The notes beneath the pieces were generated by a model that was not told the origin of the DNA, searched no databases, and worked only from the letters and a program-made list of their open reading frames with translations. A DNA stretch of 64,000 bases from Okamejei kenojei (Eukaryota): positions 14,384,001-14,448,000 of the forward strand of contig CM069151.1 of NCBI GenBank assembly GCA_035221665.1, in the 5' to 3' direction. The number at the start of each line of letters is the position of its first letter. Position 1 is the first letter of the stretch. Below are positions 55,401-64,000 of this stretch, one piece after another. Both the position numbers and the translations under genes were made by a program.

Positions 55401-57748
55401 ACAATTATTGGAAGATGACCATTAATTTTTTTCTGAGAACCCAGCAACAAATATCACTGCAGCTGTTTGGGAGTGATGCTTATCGGTCATATTGATAACC
55501 GGTCCTGAAAGGTGCAAATAGCAGTCGGTGATTTGTGACTGAAACAACTGTAGCCTTGTAAAACTCACTGTCACCACCTTCTCTGGAATGTTAATGCTGT
55601 ATTTGTGTTTGCAGCAAATGTATCCTGTTGATCCATGAATATAATAGCTGAAGGCCATGTCCCCTAACCAGTATTGGTGCAAGCACAGATTGTGTGGTTC
55701 AATGTGAGGATAGGTGATGGGAGGGAGGCTAGCAACCCGGGCTGTCGTTTACTGTACTGGTTCAAAGGTAGAGGGATAATAGTCAGAGGGTGGTGAATCT
55801 GCCACAGAAGGCTGCAGAGGCCAAGCTAGTAGATATTTTTAAGGCAGAGATCGACAGATTTGTGATTACTACAGGTATCAGAGGTTATGAGGAGAATGGA
55901 GTTAGGAGGGAGAGATAGATCAGCCATGATTGAATGGTGGAGTAGACTTGATGAGCCAAATGGCCTAATTCTACTCCCATTCCTTATGACTGCAACACTT
56001 TTTTGTTAATTTGTTTATAAAAACATTATTAATCATAACCAATGAAATGTCTTTGTACTAGAATCTATAAGTGAACATGCCCTTGTTCAGTTTAGTAGTG
56101 ATTATGAAATGCCTGCAATTCCCATTGATATAATTTCCTGTCGTTCTGGTTATTGACGGCAGCCTTGGAGACGATGATACATGGGGTTATTTACTGCCGT
56201 GGATTGGCTTCAATGGCTGTTACAGCCATCAATCTGGAATAGTTGACGATAGGCTTTCGTGATGAAAGGTTTGATTTGCCATTTATCAGATTGCCACTTT
56301 CTTTGTCTGAAGTAGTTGTTTGGGCCTTTAAATCTAGACTATAATGCTAAAAATAATTGGGAAACTATTACTCTGCGGTATTGTAAGCACATTGATTTTT
56401 GTTTTATAGATAATTCAACCTGGATCGGCATATTTCTATGTGGAGCTGGACAATGAAGAGAAGTTATTCCACAGGATAAAGAAACAATTTCCTTTGCAGT
56501 TTGGAAGGTACAAAGAGTAGGCAGGCAGTTTCAAGTATCTACTGTCTTGGTGAGCCTGTATTGCTTAACGCCCATCAGCTGAATGTAGGCACCTCTCATT
56601 GTGAATCCTACAAGAGTGCATTTAGGCCCAAAATTGTAATGTATGATATTTATTTTTGAAAATGACTACTTCTAGTTGAATATGACCCAAACTAATCTGG
56701 ACCGTGAGTGCCAGACACTCGCGGCATACAGTGGCACAGTGGTAGAGACCTGGGTTTGATGCGTCTACGGGTGCTCTGTACGAGGTTCGTACATTCTCCC
56801 TGTGACCAAATGGGTTTTCTCCGGGTGCTCTGGTTTCCTCCACACTATATATGCAAATTTGTAGGTTAACTCAGCGGCACAGGCACCTTCCCTGGAGAGA
56901 ACGAATGGTTGACCTTGCAATTATTATTAAAGTCTTAATAATATTTGCAAGAAGGATATTAAATGCATATAAACTGAGTTGCTTGCGATTAGAGTTTAAA
57001 AGGGCCTCAATAAAGAACATAATTATTTTATTTTACCCCATTGCTGTAGAATGCCTATTGGAGGCAAGGTGCTCATCCACTTTTGTTTTGAATTTTGGCC
57101 TATTTATTGTGAATAATATGTTTGTCTGCTGTAGAGCAATCTTTTCAAGAGAAACCTACTGCATGCAGCATCAAAATACATTATTGGACTGAATGAAAAC
57201 TAAAGCAGATTGCACGAGAGAGCAGATGATAAAGTTGATCTATTTACGTATCCAATTTCAGGACCCATGCACTAGTTTCTTGTACGAAACAGTTCCATAT
57301 TTAATATGCAGTTAAAATAAATGTGCCCATTTTCGATAAGGGATCATGGCACTGGGTCTGGAGAGGGCATAATTAAAAAAACAAATGTTTGATTGCAGCA
57401 AAGCAGTGCTATTGTCTGGTGTAGATTTGTAAATATTAATTGTGTTTTTACTGAGACTTGAACCTTACAGATATCCGTGAGAGTGAATAATTGCATATTA
57501 TGTTGTGCGCTCCTTTGCGAGACAGTATTGAATAATGCGTCATCTTTTAGCGTTGCTGATTCAACTTCATTCATATATTTAATGTTTTCTGAATTTCCCA
57601 CAGGGAGGTGTTGGCGAGTGAAGCTGTCCTGAACATCCCTGACAAAGCAAATTGGAGGGAATGTAAATATAGCCGAGAAGATGAAATAGAATTTGCCAAG
57701 TCCTTCAGAGAGGGGTTTCAACCATATGATTTTTCCTTGCTTGATTAA
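34443..57748 (+). CDS. CWF19L1: CWF19-like protein 1 (534 aa, 14 coding exons; metallophosphoesterase-like N-terminus plus CwfJ C-terminal domains)
   Basis: Exons 34443-34465, 37174-37258, 38158-38242, 39826-39927, 40340-40554, 42276-42394, 44119-44203, 46912-47052, 49299-49395, 51455-51534, 52372-52581, 53127-53246, 56410-56507, 57604-57748 sum to 1605 nt in frame. Motifs: [74 protein letters not shown]. Confidence 0.96.
34558..34725. repeat. GC-rich ~45-56-bp tandem repeat (4 copies of GGCCCGGGGTACAGGCC...) in CWF19L1 intron 1
   Basis: Core recurs near 34558, 34608, 34664 and 34708. Confidence 0.85.
35590..36467 (+). mobile_element. Decayed Tx1/L1-like LINE 3' fragment
   Basis: Reads [17 protein letters not shown] near 36047-36100 (K..LW..RN..VF motif); ends AATAAA plus A-run. 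Confidence 0.55.
36699..36980 (+). mobile_element. HE1/V-SINE-type SINE
   Basis: A/B-box-like head ggcacagtggtagag...ggttcaatcc and CTAAACTAAACTAAA tail. Confidence 0.85.
37174..37258 (+). CDS. CWF19L1: CWF19L1 exon 2
   Basis: ttttcag|[28 protein letters not shown]|gtgagg. Confidence 0.93.
38158..38242 (+). CDS. CWF19L1: CWF19L1 exon 3
   Basis: ttgtag|[28 protein letters not shown]|gtaaat. Confidence 0.93.
38271..38679 (-). mobile_element. Young CR1 3' fragment, same subfamily as the 28.0-kb copy
   Basis: Near-identical to 28040-28448; TACATTTT target-site duplication at 38263-38270 and 38680-38687. Confidence 0.9.
39826..39927 (+). CDS. CWF19L1: CWF19L1 exon 4
   Basis: cccag|[33 protein letters not shown]|gtatgt. 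Confidence 0.93.
40340..40554 (+). CDS. CWF19L1: CWF19L1 exon 5
   Basis: ctgtag|[18 protein letters not shown]...[21 protein letters not shown]|gtcagt. Confidence 0.94.
40746..41723. mobile_element. Non-autonomous hAT (Charlie-type) element
   Basis: TIRs CAGTGCGTCGTAAACT / AGTTTAAGAAGCACTG; 8-bp TSD ATCTAGAG / GTCTAGAG (NTCTAGAN target); subterminal GGTGAATG repeats. Confidence 0.88.
42276..42394 (+). CDS. CWF19L1: CWF19L1 exon 6
   Basis: ccgcag|[39 protein letters not shown]-|gtattg. Confidence 0.94.
42415..42880 (+). mobile_element. CR1 3' fragment just downstream of CWF19L1 exon 6
   Basis: [12 protein letters not shown]...LGLFSL..RKLRG in ORF 42352..42573. Confidence 0.8.
44119..44203 (+). 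CDS. CWF19L1: CWF19L1 exon 7 (GC donor)
   Basis: atttag|[28 protein letters not shown]|gcaagt. Confidence 0.9.
44325..44690 (+). mobile_element. Rex1-type LINE 3' end
   Basis: Translates to ...[25 protein letters not shown]; ends in (ATTGA)n tail. Confidence 0.8.
44691..45187. mobile_element. Palindromic non-autonomous DNA element (Crypton-like, tentative)
   Basis: ~155-bp imperfect palindrome 44691-44846 centred on GCCCGAGTCGAAGACGAGGGC, plus a second inverted repeat 44840-44868/45158-45187. Confidence 0.55.
45646..46666. mobile_element. PIF/Harbinger-type MITE with long TIRs
   Basis: TIR AAGCCCTGTCCCACTGTGCGAGTTCACCCAAGAGCTCTCC and its complement; TAA duplication at 45643-45645 and 46667-46669. 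Confidence 0.85.
46912..47052 (+). CDS. CWF19L1: CWF19L1 exon 8
   Basis: acacag|[30 protein letters not shown]...GESAS|gtaagt. Confidence 0.92.
47961..48055. repeat. Low-complexity G-rich tract
   Basis: Many runs of 5 or more G separated by T/GT spacers. Confidence 0.85.
48290..48590 (+). mobile_element. HE1/V-SINE-type SINE
   Basis: tRNA-like head tggctcagctggtagagc...ggttcaatcc, core and 3' end. Confidence 0.85.
48687..49024. mobile_element. Shorter member of the same Harbinger-type MITE family
   Basis: Same TIR (AAGCCCTGTCCCACTGTACGAGTTCA...TGAACTCGCATCATGGGACAG) after TAA. Confidence 0.8.
49299..49395 (+). CDS. CWF19L1: CWF19L1 exon 9
   Basis: tatgag|[32 protein letters not shown]-|gtaagt; 5' boundary relies on a GAG acceptor. 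Confidence 0.8.
49813..50045. mobile_element. Penelope-like non-autonomous element, head-to-head inverted arms with hammerhead motifs
   Basis: ~95-bp inverted arms; TTGCTTACTAAATT duplicated at 49799-49812 and 50046-50059; CTGAAGA-stem-GAAACGTC on both strands. Confidence 0.75.
51455..51534 (+). CDS. CWF19L1: CWF19L1 exon 10
   Basis: ctttag|[26 protein letters not shown]|gtaagt. Confidence 0.94.
52372..52581 (+). CDS. CWF19L1: CWF19L1 exon 11
   Basis: ttatag|[25 protein letters not shown]...[13 protein letters not shown]|gtactt. Confidence 0.95.
52766..52907 (+). ncRNA. SNORA12: Box H/ACA snoRNA, SNORA12 (U108)-like, in CWF19L1 intron 11
   Basis: Hairpin 1: TGTGGT/ACCACA with upper stem 52784-52794/52802-52811. 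H box ACATAA 52825-52830. Hairpin 2: 52837-52846/52891-52900 with upper stem 52858-52866/52874-52884. ACA at 52902-52904. Human SNORA12 is hosted by CWF19L1. Confidence 0.8.
53127..53246 (+). CDS. CWF19L1: CWF19L1 exon 12
   Basis: atccag|[40 protein letters not shown]|gtgagt. Confidence 0.94.
56095..56313 (+). ncRNA. Candidate long box C/D sno/scaRNA in CWF19L1 intron 12
   Basis: GTGATTA 56098-56104, TTGA 56125-56128, multi-stem insert 56137-56253, GTGATGA 56259-56265, CTGA 56307-56310; ends ~100 nt before the acceptor. Confidence 0.45.
56410..56507 (+). CDS. CWF19L1: CWF19L1 exon 13
   Basis: ttatag|[32 protein letters not shown]-|gtacaa. Confidence 0.94.
57604..57748 (+). CDS. CWF19L1: CWF19L1 exon 14 with TAA
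   Basis: ccacag|[22 protein letters not shown]...[10 protein letters not shown]. Confidence 0.94.
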
Positions 57749-57813
57749 ATTGAATTTATGATCTTATTTATAGTGAATGCTTTCAACAGCATTGGTCAAT
57801 GTTTCTCTGAAAA

Positions 57814-58561
57814 TAATCCATTTGAGAGGAATTATTCCAGGTGCTATAACTTTGATACAGATATATTTTTCAATTGCAGAACTACATGTGCTGTTATGGT
57901 GGACTGAGTGTAATTGTGTACATACATCAAGGTCAGTTTTTAAAGCAACGTAAAGATGAATCCCATTTTTCTTACATGAGCTTTACAACTGGTTTCATTT
58001 CACAACTCCTTGTATCTTTTACAAAGATGTAACTGGAAATGATTGGCTTAATGTGATTCTGGAAATTGCAGTTTTATTTCAGTGGTTCTTGGGTGTATTT
58101 TTACAATTTTATAATGAAACATTTTTTTTTTTTTAAGTATGTTTACACTGTGCAGTAGATTCATTCACTGGTGAATTTCCCCTTGTTTGATGTAATAAAA
58201 TCCATTACTCTGATTTGCTTTCGAGAATCAGTGCCGTGTACCTATGTTTGTGCCTGTGTACATGTGTGTGATTTCTCATCAATTCAAGAGTGTTTTTACT
58301 GTTATGTCCTTGAACAGAAGAATGAAATCCTTGCTTGCAGCTGTACAACTGGTCGTAAACACAGTACTCAATAGATAATATACAACAAAAAAGCTCAATA
58401 AATTTCAAAAATACAGCACATAAATTAGGTTTGTATTAATTAAACTAGTGCATTATTGCAAAAATGCATAAATTAATCCATTTGAGAGGAATTATTCCAG
58501 GTGCTATAACTTTGATATGGATATATTTTTCAATTGCAGAACTACATGTGCTGTTATAGTG
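57814..58561 (+). repeat. 88-bp direct duplication (57814-57901 and 58474-58561)
   Basis: Two copies 660 nt apart with 3 mismatches. Confidence 0.9.
58194..58199 (+). terminator. Candidate AATAAA poly(A) signal of CWF19L1
   Basis: AATAAA ~445 nt after the stop with a GT-rich tract downstream; alternative AATAAA at 58397-58402. Confidence 0.45.
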
Positions 58562-59479
58562 CTATTAAACACATGTAAAACACAGGGTACCTGTATAGTG
58601 CAAAAAGTGAAGCCCCTAGTCCCTAGTCCACCCCAGGCAGTTCATAATGTTCAATAACTTGAATAATGTTAGGATGAAGCTTCATGAAGAAATGTCATAC
58701 CAAGCTGCTGAGGATAGAATGGGAGATGAAATATCTGCTGCACTCAACGTTGCTGCAGGAACAACACAGTGGCCTCTCACTCACCCACAAGCAGTCCTCA
58801 AGACCTTCTCCATGTCCCCCTCCAAACAACAGCCCACAAGTATGCCTGCACTCTGTGTAGCAGAACCACCTTCAGGCTCAGCAGCTTCCTCCTTTGGCTG
58901 TGAATCCTTTCCATCCTGGCAACCACCTCGTTGTACCTGACTGCTCTAGTGCAGCCTGGCACACAGAAGAGATATTCCACCTGGATGACAGGAGCATTGG
59001 CCCATCTTCAGAAGACTGGCTGATACTCATTTAATCTTGGTACAAAATAGTTCATTGGACCATCATCCTTCAGAGTTCATAGACTGAATACAATCCTCTC
59101 ACCGGCAACTCATACTGACCTCAGTCTGTCCTTTGTGGTGCCAGCCAGCTGCAAGGACCTCCCTTTGTGCAAGCTGAGTGTTTAGAGGGTTGTCAGTGCC
59201 ACTCGTAGTGCACCAGCTTCACCTGAAACATACCTGCACGAGCAGTAGATTCCGAAAGAGCACAGAGTCACAGGTAACTTTATAATAAGCAAACCCTGGC
59301 ATTGTATTCAAAAGAACAAGGAATGCCGTTGCATCCTGATGTGTATAACAATAACCTCAATGGGATCGAATAGAAAGTGGGCAAAACGGTTCAAAATTGT
59401 CAATGGGAGAAAGGAGGGCTGATGAGAGCAGGGCAGTGAATCTGGAATGGACTTATTGCTCCAGACGGCTGAGGATAAG

Positions 59480-60060
59480 TCCATTCTTCTGCCTTCTCCG
59501 CATAAACTTTGACACCCTTACTAATCAAGAATCCATCAGTCTCTGCTTTTAAAAATATCCAATGACTTGGCCTCCACAGCCGCCTGCAGCAATGAATTCC
59601 GCAGATTCACCACCCTCTGCCTCAAGAAATTCCTCCTCATCTTGCTAAAGGCACTTCCTTTTATTATGAGGCTGTACATTCTGGTTCTTGACTCTCCCAC
59701 TAATGGAAACTAATGATCTCTATCCAGGTCTTCCACTATTCAGTAAGTTTCAAAGAGGTCCCCCCCTCATCCTAACCTCCAGCGAGTACAAGCCCAAAAC
59801 GGACAAATGGTCATTGTATGTTAACCCAATTATCCTCGGGATGTCATAAACATTCTCGTATACCTCCTCTGGACCCTCTCCAGTACCAGCACAACACTCC
59901 ACAGAGATGGGGCACCAAAACTGCTCACCATACTTCAAATTCAATCAGATCGGTGCCTTACAAAGCCTCAGCATTACGCCCCTGTTTTTATATTCAAATC
60001 CTCTTGAAATAAATGTTAACATTGCATTTGCCTTTCTTACTACTACGTTTAACTTGCAAA
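59480..60060 (-). mobile_element. CR1 3' fragment
   Basis: ORF 59750..59944 QFWCP...LGLYSLE. Confidence 0.7.
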
Positions 60061-60858
60061 CGAACCTTTAGAAACAAAGAACTGCAGATGCCGGTATATA
60101 CCAAGGATCGACAAAGTCCTGGAGCAACATCTCTGAAGAAAAAGGATAAGTGACCTTTCTGATCGGGGGCCTTCATCAGACTCAGATGCTGCCCGACGCG
60201 CTGAACACTTTGTGTCTACATTTTGCACAAATTAGCCTTTTGGGAATCCTGCACCAGCACTCCAAAGTCCATTTGCCCCTCTGAATCCTCGCCCCATTTA
60301 GAAAATAGTCTGCTGTATTCCAGAGATGCTGCATGGCCTGCTGAGTTACTCCAGCACTTTGAATCTTTTTTAGAACAAGGCATGTTTTGGTTAGATGGTA
60401 TTCAAATATTAACCTTGAGAATAATTGAAACTTTCACCTTCATTAAATATGTGTGTAAATTGATATGGAATAAATGACGAGACTAATCTACATTTTCCTT
60501 GTGGTAAATGTCATGCATTAATCATGCTAGTGATGATCCCACGCCAGTAGGTGGCATCAGAAGTTAATTTATATGTCAGGTTGAATTATACAACCGACTC
60601 CCATTTACAATATGAATTAGCGTTGGAAAGGCTACAGAAGAGGTTTGCCAGAATGCTGTCTGGATTAGAAGGCATTAGCTACACAGTTGGATAAACTTGG
60701 ATTGCATTCTCTGGAATACCGAAGGTTGAGGGGAGCCTGAGAGGTTTACCCTGAGAGGCGTGAATAGACTAGAATAGGTCAGAACCTATTACCCAGGGTG
60801 GAAACATCTAAATCAGAGGGCAATAAGATGAGAGAAGGAAAATTTGAAGATGTGCGGG

Positions 60859-61337
60859 TGGGGTTGCTTACTGTATTAACCGGGACATCCCGTATATTGG
60901 GCAAAATTGGTTGGTCCCATACGGGACCGCGCTTTCCCGTATTTGACTGCTACTACTCGTGTCGAGGGGACTGTCAGGTCGGAGCGCCATGTCCGACCCC
61001 GCCTCACCTGTCCCGATGTAGTGCAGCCCATGGAGTGCAGCAGCATCGCCTCGCCCGGCCGGCTGTCCGACCTTCAGACCTTCGCTTACCGCCGACACCA
61101 CCACCCCTCCTTCTCATGGACGATCATCGGTTCATGAACTGGATGGGGTGCCGGACTTTGGCCCGGGCCAAAACTCCTCAGCTGGTCCGCCCGCTGGGCG
61201 TTGTGTGCAGTCCAGCGCCCGGGCCAATTCATCATTCACCCAGCCACGGCCAAGTCGATCAAAGAATTGACGTCGGGAATTTGTCCCGTATTTTGACCTT
61301 TTGTCCCTTATTTGGGAGTGAGAAAGTTGGCAACCTA
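60859..61337. mobile_element. Non-autonomous hAT-like MITE inserted in a CR1 fragment (~60615-61620)
   Basis: TIRs TGGGGTTGCTTACT / AGTTGGCAACCTA; ATGTGCGGG duplicated at 60850-60858 and 61338-61346. Confidence 0.8.
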
Positions 61338-64000
61338 ATGTGCGGGGCAAGTTTTTTGTTGAACACACAGAGGGTGGTGGGTGCCTGGAACGCACTGTCA
61401 ATGGTGGCGTTGGACCACCATTGGTGTTGCCAGGGGTTGTGGTGGAGGTCAATGTGTTGGTGGTATTTAAGAGATTTTTGGATTTGCACATGGATACGCA
61501 GAGAATGGAGGGATATGGATTATGCACGGGCAGATATGGGCTGGTCTTGGCATCATGTTCGGCATGGACATTGTGGGTGGAAGGCCTGTTCGTGAGCTCC
61601 ACTGGTCTGTGTTCTACATTCATTAGAATGCGAGATATGGATCAGAGGAATTTGGGATGACTCGTTCCTTCACACAGTTATATTTCTCAAGATGACCATT
61701 CTGTAAACAGTAACGCGGGGACTGGGATGGTATAACACTGAGGGTTCCAGCAGGTTTTCTCCCTTTTCTGGTATCAGCATCATGCTGAATGTGAAGCTGA
61801 AAATCAATATATCAGCAGTGCCTCAATAGTAAACAATGGCCAAGACATGCAAGTAAGCCATCCAGCCCCACACTCACTCACACTAACAATTGGCCCGCAA
61901 AGCTGAGTCTGAAGGAGGATCCCAACCCAAAACGTCACCTATCCATACTCTCCAGAGATGCTGCCAGAGCCGCTGAGTTACTCCAGCACTTTGTGTCTTT
62001 TTTTTTGTAGACTGGCATCTGCAGTTCTTCGTATCTAAACTTTGGAGTTGTCTGGAATGTGGCTATTTACGCTTTTACAGGAACTCATTGTATTCAGGAA
62101 ACCAAATTATAGATAAAGATCCCAAATTAAGTTGACATTAATCTTAACCAATATGAAGTTAACACGCATTTCTGAGATTTCCCATGCACAGGGCCTTGAG
62201 TCTTTTACAAATGGATTCCCTCAAATGAGTCATAGCCACTTAAGTTCAGGAGACACCGCCACTTAGTTCCTGTTTGTGTACCACTTTACTTGAAGCCATT
62301 CTTCAACCTTGACTTATCTTCTTATTCAGGATACAGTGAAAAATAACAACGGTCAAAAGTGCAATCCATAAGTCAAAATAATATTTAGCAGAAAGGCTTG
62401 ACTGGGAAAAAGTTTGTATTAGCCTTTCACGTTCTGTAATGGCTTTTGCTTTCTTTAAAAACAAAGTATATTTTCCTATCTTTTCTTTATTCTTTAGTTT
62501 GCATAGTTAGAAACATAGAAACATACAAAATAGGTGCAGGAGGAGGCCGTTCGGCCCTTCGTGCCAGCACCGCCATTCATTGTGATCATGGCTGATCGTC
62601 CCCAATCAATAACCCGTGCCTGCCTTCTCCCCATATCCCCTGACTCCACTAGCCCCTTTCTTTAGTTCTTTAAAGGCACATCTTCCAAAGCTCACAAAAT
62701 GCTTTGTAAAGCAGAAGACAACAAGGTTTGCATATGCTGGAATATGGAACAACAAACAGAACACTGGAACTCAGCAGGTCAAGCAGCATCTGTGGAGGCG
62801 AGAGGTGTAAGTCAGCGTTTCAGATCGAGACCCTGCGTCAGATGCTGCTTGACCTCTGAGTTCAAGAGTCAAGAGAGAGTAAAGTTTAAGGCAGAGATAG
62901 ATAGATTCTTGATTAGTACAGCTGTCAGAGGTTATGGGGAGAAGGCAGGCGAGTGGGGTTAGGAGTGAGTGATAGATCATTGAATGGAGCCATGGAGTAG
63001 ACTTGATGGGCCGAATGGCCTAATTCTACTCCTATTACTTTTGACCTTAAAGTCAAGAGTGTTTCATGGTCATATGTACCGACCAGGGAAGATGAAGTTC
63101 CTACTTGTAGCAGTGTAACAGGCGCGTAAGCACAATACACATAGATAATATATAATATACAACAACATTCAACCAATAATGCCAGCACCTGCGCAAAAAA
63201 GCCTGAGGTCCAATCAGACAGTCTATAGTTCACTGTTTAGTTTGCATTTTAATTTTTGTACTTTATAAAGCAGTTCTATTAAATAGATAATTCTACTGAA
63301 CCTCCCTTCCCCTCACCTGGCTCCACCTGCCCCCTTCTTCCCCTCTCCCTATCTGTCTGTGTGTATCAGCCACCAGACCCTGTCTCCAACTCCACCCGCC
63401 CTCCCTGCCCCATCCAGGCCACCGTCTCACCTTGCTCCCCCCGACACTGTGTACTCCCCTCCACACTCAGTCCCGACGCAGGGTCTTGAGCTGCAATGCC
63501 GACGTCCCCTTTGGCCCCACACTGGCTGCTCAACCCGTTGAGTTCCTCCTGTAGCTCGTATTTTGCTGCAGATTCCAGCATCTGCAGTCTCCCTCATGTC
63601 TTCACACACACACGCACACAAACACCCCCCACACGCTTACACACACTTAGAAACACACAGACCAACCCATACACACAGACTTACTTGTATCAAATACAAA
63701 TATGAATCTGCATACACACTCAGACTCACGTGCACACACTGACACCCAAATGCAAGATGTCACAGACAAAAATCTTCAGATTTTTCTGCAAAGTGAGGGC
63801 AGCAAGTCTGGCTTTCTGATCATAAGCGTAATTTTATTAGCCAAGTATGTTTTGCAATATACAAATAATTTGATTTGCCACACAGTCATACCAAAAATAG
63901 CAACAAGACACACAACAGCATAGAATCTAACATGAAGATAAACCACAGCGGCTCCACTACATTCCCCACCGGGATGGAAGGCAATAAAGTCTTATCTCCT

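Noticed and set aside
60798-61660. 265-aa and 163-aa ORFs
   Set aside because: They span a CR1 fragment and an inserted GC-rich MITE; no protein motif

Overview
Eukaryotic, intron-rich vertebrate DNA. The repeat landscape (HE1/V-SINE-type tRNA SINEs, CR1 LINEs, Penelope-like hairpin elements) points to a cartilaginous fish, probably a skate or ray (inference). Two divergently transcribed genes were reconstructed by hand from splice sites. (1) A minus-strand troponin I gene with 8 coding exons (14214->2583, 239 aa). It has a 7-nt microexon, a separable 54-aa acidic/(EP)8 N-terminal extension on a slow-skeletal-type core, and a candidate non-coding exon 1 with a MEF2/GATA promoter near 20.4-20.6 kb. 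(2) Plus-strand CWF19L1 with 14 coding exons (34443->57748, 534 aa). A ~1.3-kb CpG-rich 31-bp minisatellite lies just upstream of its start codon. It has a GC-AG intron, hosts a SNORA12-like H/ACA RNA in intron 11, and carries a second structured C/D-box RNA candidate in intron 12 that I cannot name. The rest is mostly transposons: a ~2.9-kb truncated CR1, Rex1-like and Tx1-like LINE ends, hAT and Harbinger MITEs, a palindromic Crypton-like element, and about 15 short Penelope-like insertions carrying a minimal hammerhead-ribozyme motif. There are two N gaps (7489-7630, 31436-31585). All calls come from reading the sequence; no database search or folding program was run.
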